From: Candidatus Butyricicoccus avistercoris
GTDB taxonomy: Bacteria > Bacillota > Clostridia > Oscillospirales > Butyricicoccaceae
NCBI GenBank assembly: GCA_019113005.1
Contig: DXIE01000026.1
Location: 15,760-79,759 of the forward strand
Direction: 5' to 3'
DNA: 64,000 nt
Both the position numbers and the translations under genes were made by a program. Below the pieces are notes generated by a model. The model was not told the origin of the DNA. It worked only from the letters and a program-made list of their open reading frames with translations, and searched no databases. Below are positions 24,567-34,816 of the stretch, piece after piece. The number at the start of each line of letters is the position of its first letter. Positions within the stretch are counted from its first letter, which is position 1.

Positions 24567-25283
24567 TTACTTTTGGTATTTATTCTTGATAATTGTTTCT
24601 GTTTCGCCTGTTTCAAGGTCGATATAACGAACAAATAGAGAAATTTTATTTATCTCATTCATAGATTCCCAAAGTAGATTTGCAAAATCATTGATATCAT
24701 AATCAATTTGAATACACTTAGGCTCACCTCTAAATGGTGGTAGTGGGTCACCGTCACACATATAAGTGTGAATAAAATGACCAAGACCAGCAACAGGCTT
24801 GTCGTATTCATAGAAGAAACGCTTGTTAGCAGTTCTATCGGAAGTGAAGTTCTTTAAAATAGAAATATCATAAGAACCATCTTCATTTACAACTGCAGAA
24901 ATACGAGAAGTGTAGTTAGGAGCATCAGGCTCAAACTGACGGGTACGCAGAGCCTCAATATAGCTCTTACCCTGCTTTAAGTATTCACAAATAGTGTCTG
25001 TCTGGTCACCGTTGGTAACAACAGTTTTTCCCTCACAAGTGCGAACAGGGTGATAAATGATAAGTGAAGGGTCGGTCATTTTGGAATGGTCAAAAGCCTC
25101 TGTGCGGATACCGTCTTCTGTTTCAACAAAGATACGGTTACGGCTGTTTTCGGAGCGACCCATAATAAAATAAGCGATAACATTTTTTTTGTTATCCTTA
25201 GTTCTGCCGAGGATTATGCCACGACCTGGGTAAGCATTGCTTTGCAGTTCCTCTTGAATGTTGTATACAAAATTACGAAACAT
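24567..25283 (-). CDS. Stand-alone IMP cyclohydrolase (PurO-like)
   Basis: YPGRGI, YFIMGRSENSRNR, TNGDQTD, FEPDAPNYTSRI; position within the pur operon. Confidence 0.85.
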   Translation of the reverse strand: MFRNFVYNIQEELQSNAYPGRGIILGRTKDNKKNVIAYFIMGRSENSRNRIFVETEDGIRTEAFDHSKMTDPSLIIYHPVRTCEGKTVVTNGDQTDTICEYLKQGKSYIEALRTRQFEPDAPNYTSRISAVVNEDGSYDISILKNFTSDRTANKRFFYEYDKPVAGLGHFIHTYMCDGDPLPPFRGEPKCIQIDYDINDFANLLWESMNEINKISLFVRYIDLETGETETIIKNKYQK

Positions 25284-25301
25284 AAATATAAACCTCTTTT
25301 C

Positions 25302-25931
25302 TTAGTTTTCAGGCAAAATTCTAACTGTTTGACCGTTAATTTGCAAACGATTTTCACAAAATAGGGATACAGCTTTAGGTAGAATATGCCATTCAGCTTG
25401 CTCCATAACACGCCTTTGTAAAATCTCAGGAGTATCATCTGGCATAACTTCAACAGCCTTTTGTAAAATTATAGCACCACCGTCAACTATTTCGGAAACA
25501 AAATGCACAGTTGCACCTGTTACCTTTACACCCTTTGCGAGAGCCGCCTCATGCACATGAAGCCCATAAAAGCCCTCACCACAAAAAGATGGTATAAGCG
25601 ATGGGTGAACATTTATAATTTTATTTTCCCATTTTTTGCAAAAAGAGTCTGGCAATACGGTCATAAAACCTGCAAGTACTACTAAGTCTATTTTAATCTG
25701 ACACAGCATTGTGTCAAGAGCTAAGCCATAATCTTCAGCTGTTTCATAATCTTTTCTTTTTAAGACATATGACGGAATAAAAGCTTTTTTAGCACGCTCT
25801 AAAGCGTAAGCATTAGGATTAGAGGAAATCACAGCGGCAATATTGCCGCCATGAATTTCCCCATTTTGCTCTGCATCTATGAGTGCCTGTAAATTTGTTC
25901 CGCCACCTGAAACCAATACAGCTATATTCAC
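25302..25931 (-). CDS. purN: Phosphoribosylglycinamide formyltransferase
   Basis: VSGGGTNLQAL, INVHPSL, GATVHFV. Confidence 0.96.
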   Translation of the reverse strand: MNIAVLVSGGGTNLQALIDAEQNGEIHGGNIAAVISSNPNAYALERAKKAFIPSYVLKRKDYETAEDYGLALDTMLCQIKIDLVVLAGFMTVLPDSFCKKWENKIINVHPSLIPSFCGEGFYGLHVHEAALAKGVKVTGATVHFVSEIVDGGAIILQKAVEVMPDDTPEILQRRVMEQAEWHILPKAVSLFCENRLQINGQTVRILPEN

Positions 25932-25944
25932 AGTTATAAACCTC

Positions 25945-26982
25945 TTAAACTAAAGTAATACCCTTTTCGCCTGTGGTGATTTCGCCCATGATATAAGCGG
26001 TTTCACCTGCGTCAGCTAAAGCCTTGATAGCCTTATCAGCGTCCTCAGCTGCAACAGCAACCATTAAACCTATGCCCATATTAAATGTGTTATACATATC
26101 ACGCTCTGGAATATTACCAGCCTTAGCGATAACATCAAATATAGGCAGTACAGGAGCAGCATTTTTGCGAATAACCGCATGAGTGCTGTCACCTAACATA
26201 CGAGGTACATTCTCATAAAAACCGCCGCCTGTGATATGGCTGATAGCCTTAACATCAGCATTTGCAATAAGGTTTTGGATTGCCTTAACATAAATTTTAG
26301 TTGGAGTTAAAAGCTCCTCACCTAAAGTCTTGCCAAGCTCATCAACATATTTTTTAACAGTATTTTCATCAATACCAAGTGTTTTACGAACAAGAGAATA
26401 ACCGTTTGAGTGAACACCAGAAGATGCAACACCGATTAAAACATCACCAGTAACTAATTTGCTGCCGTCAATCATTTTCTTTTTATCGACCATACCAACA
26501 GAGAAACCTGCAACATCATATTCATCTACTGGATAAAATCCTGGCATTTCAGCGGTTTCGCCACCGATTAACGCACAACCCGCTTGACGACAACCTTCAG
26601 TAATACCAGAAACAATGCTTGCAACTCTTTCTGGGAAATTCTTACCAACAGCGATATAATCAAGGAAAAACAGAGGTTTTGCACCACAGCAAGCAATGTC
26701 ATTTACACACATAGCAACCGCATCAATACCAATAGTATCATGCTTATCCATTAAAAAAGCGAGTTTTAGCTTAGTACCAACACCATCAGTACCAGAAACC
26801 AGAACAGGTTCTTCCATTCCTTTAAAATCAGGCTGGAAAAGACCGCCAAAACCGCCAAGGCTACCAATAACCCCTGGAATAAAAGTGCTTTCAACCATAG
26901 GCTTGATAAGTTTTACAGATTCATAACCAGCAACAACGTCTACGCCTGCTGCTTTGTAGCTTTCGGAACGGCTCTCACTCAT
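25945..26982 (-). CDS. purM: AIR synthetase
   Basis: [36 protein letters not shown]. Confidence 0.97.
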   Translation of the reverse strand: MSESRSESYKAAGVDVVAGYESVKLIKPMVESTFIPGVIGSLGGFGGLFQPDFKGMEEPVLVSGTDGVGTKLKLAFLMDKHDTIGIDAVAMCVNDIACCGAKPLFFLDYIAVGKNFPERVASIVSGITEGCRQAGCALIGGETAEMPGFYPVDEYDVAGFSVGMVDKKKMIDGSKLVTGDVLIGVASSGVHSNGYSLVRKTLGIDENTVKKYVDELGKTLGEELLTPTKIYVKAIQNLIANADVKAISHITGGGFYENVPRMLGDSTHAVIRKNAAPVLPIFDVIAKAGNIPERDMYNTFNMGIGLMVAVAAEDADKAIKALADAGETAYIMGEITTGEKGITLV

Positions 26983-28442
26983 AACTCAATCTCACTTTCA
27001 AACATATTTTTATCTACTTGATTTGGAACTTCCATAGGATACTCACCAGTAAAGCAAGCATCACAGAAACCTAATTTACAATTTAATGCAATACGTCTTG
27101 TAGCCTCAACTGATAAGAAACCAAGGCTATCAACACCGATAATCTGACGCATTTCTTCAACGGTACGCTCATGAGCGAGTAGCTGAGTACGCTCAGGAAT
27201 ATCAGTGCCAAAGAAACAAGGGTGACGGAAAGGAGGTGCAGAAATTCTCATATGTACTTCTTTAGCACCTGCATCACGAACAAGCTTTACAAGTCTAGCA
27301 CAGGTTGTACCACGAACAATGGAGTCATCAACCATAATAACACGCTTACCGTTTACAGCCTCTCTAAGAGCATTTAGCTTTAAACGCACAGAGCGTTCAC
27401 GCTTTGATTGTCCTGGTTGAATAAAGGTTCTGCCAATATAGCGGTTTTTAATAAGACCAACGCCATAAGGAATACCAGAGCATTTAGCGTAACCGATAGC
27501 CGCAGGAATACCAGAGTCAGGCACACCGATAACAACATCAGCACCAACAGGGTGTTCAATAGATAAATATTTACCTGCCTCTTGACGAGCAAGCTCAACA
27601 GATGCACCATCAATTACAGAGTCTGGACGAGCAAAATAAATATATTCAAATACGCAGGCGGCAGATTTGCATTTAACTTCACTATGTAAAGAGCGAATTT
27701 CTCCGCCTTCAACAATAACAACTTCCCCTGGTTCAATATCACGCACAAACTCAGCACCAAGAGCATCTAATGCACAGGACTCAGAGGCAAAAATAATAGC
27801 ACCTTCTGCTGTTTTACCCATACATAGTGGACGCATACCACGAGGGTCACGAGCAGCGATGAGCTTTCGAGGTGACATAATACAAAGAGAATATGCACCT
27901 TGAACCACATTCATAGTGTTAAGTACAGCCTCTTCAATAGAACCGCATTTTAATCTCTCACGAACGATTGTATAAACTAAAACTTCAGTATCAGATGTAG
28001 AACGGAAAATACCGCCAGTATTTTCAATTTCCTTGCGAAGTTCACTAGCATTTACAAGGTTACCATTGTGAGCAACAGCCAAATTACCCTTAACATGTGT
28101 GATAGAAAGAGGTTGAGCGTTTTCACGATGAGGGTCGCCAGTTGTGGAGTAACGAACATGACCAATCGCCATTTGTCCAACCATACTGTCAAGAATTTGC
28201 TGGTCAAAAACATCATTTACAAGACCAATGTCCTTGTGGCACTTGATAACACCACGGTTATTTACAGCAATACCACAAGCCTCTTGACCTCTATGCTGAA
28301 GTGCAAAAAGAGCAGTATAAGCTTCGTGAGAAGGGCTTAAATTACAGCCATCTGGAACATAAATACCAAATACACCACATTCCTCATGTACTGCATCTGA
28401 GTCAAAAGGAGTGTGATTTAATTTTCTCATTTTATATTTCAT
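26979..28442 (-). CDS. purF: Amidophosphoribosyltransferase
   Basis: [31 protein letters not shown]. Confidence 0.97.
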   Translation of the reverse strand: MKYKMRKLNHTPFDSDAVHEECGVFGIYVPDGCNLSPSHEAYTALFALQHRGQEACGIAVNNRGVIKCHKDIGLVNDVFDQQILDSMVGQMAIGHVRYSTTGDPHRENAQPLSITHVKGNLAVAHNGNLVNASELRKEIENTGGIFRSTSDTEVLVYTIVRERLKCGSIEEAVLNTMNVVQGAYSLCIMSPRKLIAARDPRGMRPLCMGKTAEGAIIFASESCALDALGAEFVRDIEPGEVVIVEGGEIRSLHSEVKCKSAACVFEYIYFARPDSVIDGASVELARQEAGKYLSIEHPVGADVVIGVPDSGIPAAIGYAKCSGIPYGVGLIKNRYIGRTFIQPGQSKRERSVRLKLNALREAVNGKRVIMVDDSIVRGTTCARLVKLVRDAGAKEVHMRISAPPFRHPCFFGTDIPERTQLLAHERTVEEMRQIIGVDSLGFLSVEATRRIALNCKLGFCDACFTGEYPMEVPNQVDKNMFESEIEL

Positions 28443-28467
28443 AATATTTAAAATTACCTCGTAATAA

Positions 28468-29178
28468 TTATTTACCAGTTAAACGGCGGAGAATTTCCTG
28501 ATAAGCTTCTTCAACATTTCCAAGGTCACGACGGAAACGGTCTTTGTCAAGTTTTTCGCCAGTGTCCTTATCCCATAGACGACAGGTATCTGGAGAGATT
28601 TCATCAGCCAGAATGATTGTTCCGTCGGTTGTCTTGCCAAACTCAAGCTTAAAATCAACTAAAGTCACATTTAATGTGTCAAAGTAAGCCTTCATAACTT
28701 CGTTTACCTTGAAAGCCATCTTTTTGATTGTTTCGATTTCGTCAGCGGTAGCAAGCTTTAGAGCCATAGCATGATAATCGTTAATCAGTGGGTCGCCTAG
28801 GTCATCATTTTTATAAGAGAACTCAATAGTTGGCTGCTCAAAAACAATGCCCTCATTTACACCGTAACGTTTAGCAAAAGAACCAGCAGAGATATTACGG
28901 ATAATAACCTCAAGAGGAACAATAGAAACCTTTTTAACAACTGTTTCACGCTCGGAAAGTTGCTCTACAAAATGAGTAGGCACACCCTGCTTTTCAAGCA
29001 ACTGGAACATATGGTTGCTCATAATGTTGTTAATAACGCCCTTACCAGCGATAGTACCCTTCTTTTCGCCATTAAAAGCGGTTGCATCATCTTTATAATC
29101 TACAATATATAAGTTCTCGTCATCTGTCTTAAATACTTTCTTAGCTTTGCCTTCGTATAATTGTTCTAACTTTGTCAT
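28468..29178 (-). CDS. purC: SAICAR synthetase
   Basis: [27 protein letters not shown]. Confidence 0.97.
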   Translation of the reverse strand: MTKLEQLYEGKAKKVFKTDDENLYIVDYKDDATAFNGEKKGTIAGKGVINNIMSNHMFQLLEKQGVPTHFVEQLSERETVVKKVSIVPLEVIIRNISAGSFAKRYGVNEGIVFEQPTIEFSYKNDDLGDPLINDYHAMALKLATADEIETIKKMAFKVNEVMKAYFDTLNVTLVDFKLEFGKTTDGTIILADEISPDTCRLWDKDTGEKLDKDRFRRDLGNVEEAYQEILRRLTGK

Positions 29179-29210
29179 GTCAGTTTTCTCCTTTTTAATG
29201 TATATGAATT

Positions 29211-29705
29211 TTATGCTTGATATTCTGCTCTAACTTTAGCGTCCTTAGCTGAAACCTCATCAGCCATATCCTTTTTAAACTGCTGTAGCTTTTCAGCGAG
29301 TGCATCATCAGATAGGGCGATAATCTGAGCTGCTAGTATAGCAGCATTTTCCGCACCATCAATAGCCACACAAGCCACTGGAATTCCCTTAGGCATCTGA
29401 ACCATAGAAAGTAAGCTGTCCATACCACCCATAACGCTTGTACCCATAGGAACGCCGATAACAGGCAGAGTGGTGTAAGCAGCGATTACACCGCCAAGGT
29501 GAGCGGCTTTGCCAGCAGCGGCAATAATAACGCCAAAGCCATCATTTTTTGCGTTTTTAGCAAGGGTTTCCGCAACAAGTGGGGTACGATGTGCGGAAAC
29601 AATACGAACTTCAAACGGAATATCAAATGTTTTAAGTTTATCAATACATTTGCTCATAACTTTCAGGTCGCTATCCGAACCCATTACAATACATACCTTT
29701 TTCAT
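29211..29705 (-). CDS. purE: N5-CAIR mutase
   Basis: [28 protein letters not shown]. Confidence 0.97.
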   Translation of the reverse strand: MKKVCIVMGSDSDLKVMSKCIDKLKTFDIPFEVRIVSAHRTPLVAETLAKNAKNDGFGVIIAAAGKAAHLGGVIAAYTTLPVIGVPMGTSVMGGMDSLLSMVQMPKGIPVACVAIDGAENAAILAAQIIALSDDALAEKLQQFKKDMADEVSAKDAKVRAEYQA

Positions 29706-29747
29706 TTGCGAAAATCCTCCAAAAGATAAAAAATATACTGGTTGACC

Positions 29748-29784
29748 AAAAAAGAAATGCAGGATACAACTGTACCCTGCATTT
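29748..29784 (-). terminator. Intrinsic terminator in the pur operon leader
   Basis: AAATGCAGGGTACA / TGTATCCTGCATTT stem followed by CTTTTTT, upstream of the purE RBS. Confidence 0.8.
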
Positions 29785-29787
29785 TAG

Positions 29788-29871
29788 TTATTTGGTTATA
29801 AAAATGCCTGCAAAAGTGCCATGCTTATGAATATATGATTGGCTTATTAAGAAAATGCCTGAACTTAGCAT
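29788..29871 (-). CDS. Candidate 27-aa leader peptide of the pur operon
   Basis: AAGGAGG 7 nt before ATG; MLSSGIFLISQSYIHKHGTFAGIFITK; stop a few nt before the terminator stem. Confidence 0.5.
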   Translation of the reverse strand: MLSSGIFLISQSYIHKHGTFAGIFITK

Positions 29872-29913
29872 GATAATGCCTCCTTATGCAGTCAATGTGT
29901 TACTTACAAACTA

Positions 29914-29943
29914 TATTTTATATAGTAACCATGCTTGTTTCAA
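29914..29943 (-). promoter_or_regulatory. pur operon promoter
   Basis: Minus strand TTGAAA, 17 bp, TAAAAT upstream of the leader; coordinates approximate. Confidence 0.6.
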
Positions 29944-30020
29944 GCTTTTTTAAGCTTGTTTTAAAAAATCGTATACTTGCCCAAAAGAAAAGGGGCAATT
30001 ATAACAAGGTTTGTCGTGTT

Positions 30021-32264
30021 CTACTCTTGTCTGCTATGTTTTTCTAGCAGCTCACATACCGAAATTACATTTTGGCGTTCACGTTTGCGAAGCATCTCGG
30101 CTGTTTTACGAACTTCTTTGTCTAGTTTACCAGTTACACATTCATCAATAAGTGGTATAAGCTTTTCAGCTGTAACATCGCTTAAATGTATGCATGTGCG
30201 ACTACCTATATATTTAAGAAATCCGTCCACTTTTATATCATAGCTCATGCCGATAACAGGAACTCCAGCAGCGGCTGAAAACATAAGCGAATGAAGTCTA
30301 ATACCTATAACCGTTTTCATACGAGCCAAAATACCAATAGTAGTTTCTATTGATTGACGTTTAGTTATCATATAGTAAGGGCATTTCAGTTTACCGCCTA
30401 TCTGCTCGGCAGGCTCTAAATCTGACGGATATTCAATAGGCACAAAAAGCGGAATAAGTCCATATTTTTCATATGCATAGTGAGCAGCCTTTACGATTTC
30501 GTCAGAAACCTCATCTAAACCTTTCCATTTTCTAATACCTAGACCTATATAATTTTTATCAAGTGGAATATTACATTCCTCAAAAGCTGTATCTACAAGC
30601 AAATCGCTTGCAGGCTTTAAAATAATTGTAGGGTCAGCCGAAAGCCTAATATCAGGCTTTACAATGCCCATGCTGTTTAGTTCACCACGGGATAAATCAT
30701 CACGAAGTGTTATAATATCAACCGAACGATTTATAGTTTTAGCTGTACATTTTCGGTTGGTTGGATTATTTATAGGGCCAATACCGCAGCCATACATAAT
30801 AACCTTACAGCCCATTCTTTTTGCTTGGTCTAGTGTTAGAAGATAATATCTAAGTGAACGGGTTGATGTTACATCTTGCATAAGACTGCCGCCACCATTT
30901 ATATAAAGAGCAGATTTATGCAGTCTTTTTAAAATCTGGTCAAATCTAAATGTATAAACAGCATCTGTGCGATAAACCAGCTTTGTTTCAAGAGGACGTC
31001 TTGACATAACGGTTATTCGGCGGTCTGGGTCTATTGCTCGCATTTCCTGAACAATAGCTTTTAAGATAGCATCATCACCTGAGTTGCCCTTGCCATAAGC
31101 ACCACAAATAACTATTTCATCACGTTTAAACTTCTTTTGACGTTCAAAGCGTCTAATAACAGTTTTATAGTTATTTATCTGAGTTTGGCACATGGTTCTA
31201 AGTGAAAAATCTCTGTCGGCTTTTTCATATAGTCTTTTAGCAAATGTTTGACGTTTTTGTTCATCATTTGCAAATGTTAGTATATACTTAGCCAGTGTTT
31301 GATAATCTTTAGGCTTAAATATAAAACCGTTTTCCCCGCTGTCTATGAGTTCACTCATACCGCCAACATCAGAGCAAATAGTAGCACAACCTTCTCTTAT
31401 ACCCTCTAGTATAGAATAAGGAAATGTTTCAGATACTGAAGTTAGTAAATTTATATCAATCGATGCAAAGAACTTATCCATTTCCTTGACCCAGCCACAG
31501 AATAACACTTTATCCTCTATACCAAGCGACTGAATAAGTTTTTTTAGAGGTTTTTCGTCCTCACCATCACCTGCTAAAAATAGTTTTAATCTCGGCTGTT
31601 CTTTTACAGCTATTGCAAAACCTCTAACACAAGTGAAAATATCTTTAACCGCAGTCAGTCTAGCCGCTATTCCGCATATTATATCATCACTTGATACTTC
31701 ATAACCCCACTTTTCTTTTATATAAGATATTCTGTCAAAATTTTGAATAGGGTCTTTAAAGTCCATACCGTTATATATAATACACATTTTTTGTGGGTCA
31801 AATCCACGGGTTATCAGGGTTCTAGCCATTCTATCAGCAACTGGCTGATGAAAGTCCATAAATCTTAAAGCTATTGCATTTAATGTACCATATGTGTATT
31901 GTTTAAGTGGATTGCCCATATAGTCGAGCTTATAATCTGAGTGAACAGTAGTCATAATAGGTATATTAGTTTTTTTTGCTCCAATCATAACACCTATAAC
32001 ATTTGATTTTGAGCCATGGCAATGAATTATATCGGGTTTAAATTCATCAATAAGTTTAAGGACTTTATTTCTGCAAGTAAAAAGGTTAAGATATTCAAAT
32101 ATTTTCACATTAAGACCACGTTTCATAGCCTCTCTTGGGAAATCACCATCTCTAAAACTTACCAGACACACATCATTTTCTTTACTAAGTGCTTGAACAA
32201 GCGTCATGATATGGGTTTTAGCACCTCCTACATCGCCTCCACCCATCATCTGTAATATTCGCAT
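30021..32264 (-). CDS. csaB: GT4 glycosyltransferase fused to CsaB polysaccharide pyruvyltransferase
   Basis: N-terminal GGAKTH...IHCHG...SETFPYSILE; C-terminal GAYGKGNSGDDAIL, GGGSLMQD, RLHSL. Confidence 0.88.
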   Translation of the reverse strand: MRILQMMGGGDVGGAKTHIMTLVQALSKENDVCLVSFRDGDFPREAMKRGLNVKIFEYLNLFTCRNKVLKLIDEFKPDIIHCHGSKSNVIGVMIGAKKTNIPIMTTVHSDYKLDYMGNPLKQYTYGTLNAIALRFMDFHQPVADRMARTLITRGFDPQKMCIIYNGMDFKDPIQNFDRISYIKEKWGYEVSSDDIICGIAARLTAVKDIFTCVRGFAIAVKEQPRLKLFLAGDGEDEKPLKKLIQSLGIEDKVLFCGWVKEMDKFFASIDINLLTSVSETFPYSILEGIREGCATICSDVGGMSELIDSGENGFIFKPKDYQTLAKYILTFANDEQKRQTFAKRLYEKADRDFSLRTMCQTQINNYKTVIRRFERQKKFKRDEIVICGAYGKGNSGDDAILKAIVQEMRAIDPDRRITVMSRRPLETKLVYRTDAVYTFRFDQILKRLHKSALYINGGGSLMQDVTSTRSLRYYLLTLDQAKRMGCKVIMYGCGIGPINNPTNRKCTAKTINRSVDIITLRDDLSRGELNSMGIVKPDIRLSADPTIILKPASDLLVDTAFEECNIPLDKNYIGLGIRKWKGLDEVSDEIVKAAHYAYEKYGLIPLFVPIEYPSDLEPAEQIGGKLKCPYYMITKRQSIETTIGILARMKTVIGIRLHSLMFSAAAGVPVIGMSYDIKVDGFLKYIGSRTCIHLSDVTAEKLIPLIDECVTGKLDKEVRKTAEMLRKRERQNVISVCELLEKHSRQE

Positions 32265-32439
32265 TATACTCCTCCATCTGCATTTATAAATAAAATACAG
32301 TTTAATTTTTTAGAAAACGCTTATTCTTTATTATACACGTTTTTAATTATTATGTACACTGTGTAAGGCATATAAAAAATTTGCATTTGAAATAAAAAAA
32401 CGATATTATAAATAAAATAAAGAAAGGACAAGTTTTTTT

Positions 32440-33099
32440 ATGAATGTTTTCGATATAATAGGGCCAATAATGATAGGGCCATCAAGTTCACATACAGCGG
32501 GAGCAGTAAGACTTGGCAGAGTTGCATGGAAAATTCTTGGAGAAAAAGCTGTCAAAGCAAAAATCATGCTTTCGGGTTCATTTGCCGAAACATACAAAGG
32601 GCATGGCACAGACAAAGCTATAATTGCAGGAATAATGGGAATGCATTCAGATGATGAAAGAATAAAGAATGCCTTAACACTTGCAAAAGAAAGCGGTTTA
32701 GAATTCAGTTTTGAGCTTATACAGCTCCCCGATGCCCACCCAAACACCGCAAGAATAAGCCTGACGGGTGAAAATGGTGCTGAGTGTACTGTGCAAGGTT
32801 GTAGTATAGGCGGAGGAAATATACTTGTTACAGAGATAAATGGGCTTGAGGTTTCATTTACAGGTCAATATAATACACTTCTTGTACTTCATCATGACAA
32901 AGCAGGAACTATTGCGGCGGTTACAAACTTTATGGCATATTCTGGACTTAATATAGGAAATTTCAGACTTTCACGACCAAAAAAAGGCGGAGAGGCAGTT
33001 ATGACCATAGAAGTTGACGGAGAAGTACCCGATTATTTAATACAAAGTCTTAAAATTTTGCCTAATATAATAAATGTAATACTGATTAAGGCTATTTAA
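32440..33099 (+). CDS. sdaAB: L-serine dehydratase, beta subunit
   Basis: GPIMIGPSSSHTAGA, GHGTD, SIGGG, C-terminal ACT domain. Confidence 0.95.
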   Translation: MNVFDIIGPIMIGPSSSHTAGAVRLGRVAWKILGEKAVKAKIMLSGSFAETYKGHGTDKAIIAGIMGMHSDDERIKNALTLAKESGLEFSFELIQLPDAHPNTARISLTGENGAECTVQGCSIGGGNILVTEINGLEVSFTGQYNTLLVLHHDKAGTIAAVTNFMAYSGLNIGNFRLSRPKKGGEAVMTIEVDGEVPDYLIQSLKILPNIINVILIKAI

Positions 33100-33114
33100 A
33101 AAAGAGGTGAAAAA

Positions 33115-33993
33115 ATGTTATCTTATGAGAGTATAAGCGAGCTTTGTCAAAAAGCTAGTGAACAAAATAAAAAAATATCAGAAATTGTTTTAAGTGATGA
33201 AGCCATTCAAATGGAACAAACCGAACAAGAGCTTTTTAATAGAATGGCTCAAAGTTTTAAAATAATGTGTGATGCTGTAAATGAAGGCAAAAATCCTAAT
33301 TTACGTTCTACCTCTGGTCTAACAGGCGGAGATGCTGCTAAAATGGAAAAATACGCACAAACTGGCGGTTTGTGCGGAAGTTTTTTAAATTTGGCAATTT
33401 CAAAAGCGATTGCAGTATCAGAATATAACGCATCAATGGGAAAAATAGTGGCAGCACCTACGGCAGGCTCATGCGGAATACTTCCAGCGTGTATAATTTC
33501 TATGGTCGAAAGCGGTAAGTGCGACGAAAGCAAGGCAATAATGAGCCTGTTTACCGCAGGTGCATTTGGTATGGTTATCGCACAAAAAGCTAGTGTGGCA
33601 GGTGCAGAAGGCGGCTGTCAAGCTGAATGTGGTTCAGCAAGTGCAATGGCAGCCGCTTGTCTTGTAGAGCTTGCAGGTGGCACACCAGAGCAAGCCGCCC
33701 ATGCGTGTGCCATGGCAATAAAAAATCAGTTAGGCTTAGTATGTGACCCCGTAGCCGGTCTTGTTGAAATACCTTGTATAAAACGCAATGTATCGGGCAC
33801 AGTTATAGCATTTTCATCGGCTGAAATGGCACTTGCAGGTATAGAAAGCAAAATCCCAGCCGATGAATGTATAATGGCAATGAAACAAGTTGGAGCTAGC
33901 CTTCCATGTTCGCTTAGAGAAACCTCTCAAGGTGGACTTGCTATAACCCCAACAGGGCTTAAACTCAAAGAGCAAGTGTTTGGAGTTAAATAA
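33115..33993 (+). CDS. sdaAA: L-serine dehydratase, alpha subunit
   Basis: AAPTAGSCG, GGCQAE, GLVCDPVAGLVEIPC, LRET. Confidence 0.95.
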   Translation: MLSYESISELCQKASEQNKKISEIVLSDEAIQMEQTEQELFNRMAQSFKIMCDAVNEGKNPNLRSTSGLTGGDAAKMEKYAQTGGLCGSFLNLAISKAIAVSEYNASMGKIVAAPTAGSCGILPACIISMVESGKCDESKAIMSLFTAGAFGMVIAQKASVAGAEGGCQAECGSASAMAAACLVELAGGTPEQAAHACAMAIKNQLGLVCDPVAGLVEIPCIKRNVSGTVIAFSSAEMALAGIESKIPADECIMAMKQVGASLPCSLRETSQGGLAITPTGLKLKEQVFGVK

Positions 33994-34073
33994 AAAAATT
34001 TTTTGTGTATAAATTTTAATTGATATGGTGATACTATGTTCGTACCCCAAAGGGAGAAAGGCAGGTGAACACC

Positions 34074-34196
34074 ATGTCAAGCAAGAAGAACAATTCACAA
34101 AATGCTAAAAACGGTATGACTTCCCAAAACAAGAAGGGCAACACTTCTGCAAGCAATCAGCAGTCTAGCAACTGTACTAGAGATTGCAATGACTAA
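34074..34196 (+). CDS. Small hydrophilic Asn/Ser/Gln-rich protein (40 aa), not in the ORF track
   Basis: RBS AGGTGA; MSSKKNNSQNAKNGMTSQNKKGNTSASNQQSSNCTRDCND; own upstream promoter-like sequence and downstream hairpin. Confidence 0.6.
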   Translation: MSSKKNNSQNAKNGMTSQNKKGNTSASNQQSSNCTRDCND

Positions 34197-34286
34197 TTTT
34201 AAAAAACAATCGGCTGTCCAATAGGACGGCAAAAGAGCAGAAAAGCACCGAATCTGTGAACATTCTCACAAAGTCGGTGCTTTTTT

Positions 34287-34700
34287 CTATATATTAAAAT
34301 CCTCAGAGATAACGCTATAAAGCTCATTTAATCTGTCATATTGTTTTTTTAGATATAGCCAACCAAAAAGAGCCTCTAAAGCGGTAGCATGAGCATATTC
34401 ACTGCGAGATGCAGCTTTTGGTATACCATGAAGTTTAGTATTTCTAGCACGTTTAAAAACGTCCTGTTCTTCCTCGGTTAAAAGCGGAATAATTTTTTGT
34501 GCAGCAGTATACTGAGCAGATGCACGAACTAAAGATACCGTTTTAGCGTGTAAATTCTTAGCTGTTTGAGTGCCATGACACACAATATAAGAACGAGTCA
34601 TGATTTCATATACCACATCGCCAATATGTGCAAGCCCTAAAGAGGAAACCTGTAAAATTTCAGCATCTGACAAATGTGGGTGTAGAAAATCGGTATTCAT
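34287..34700 (-). CDS. mrnC: Mini-ribonuclease III
   Basis: LAHIGDVVYE, V-x-A-x-AQ, ATALEALFGWLY. Confidence 0.9.
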   Translation of the reverse strand: MNTDFLHPHLSDAEILQVSSLGLAHIGDVVYEIMTRSYIVCHGTQTAKNLHAKTVSLVRASAQYTAAQKIIPLLTEEEQDVFKRARNTKLHGIPKAASRSEYAHATALEALFGWLYLKKQYDRLNELYSVISEDFNI

Positions 34701-34816
34701 TTAAAAACCCCTTAAAATTATTTTATTATATAATATCATATTTTATGTGTAGTGTATATATTGTATATATGATACAATATACTATGTTAAAAAATACATA
34801 GGAGGTTAATTTTTTA

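Noticed and set aside
29748-29943. Guanine, ZTP or PRPP riboswitch upstream of purE
   Set aside because: Could not find the conserved cores by eye; an Rfam scan is still needed.
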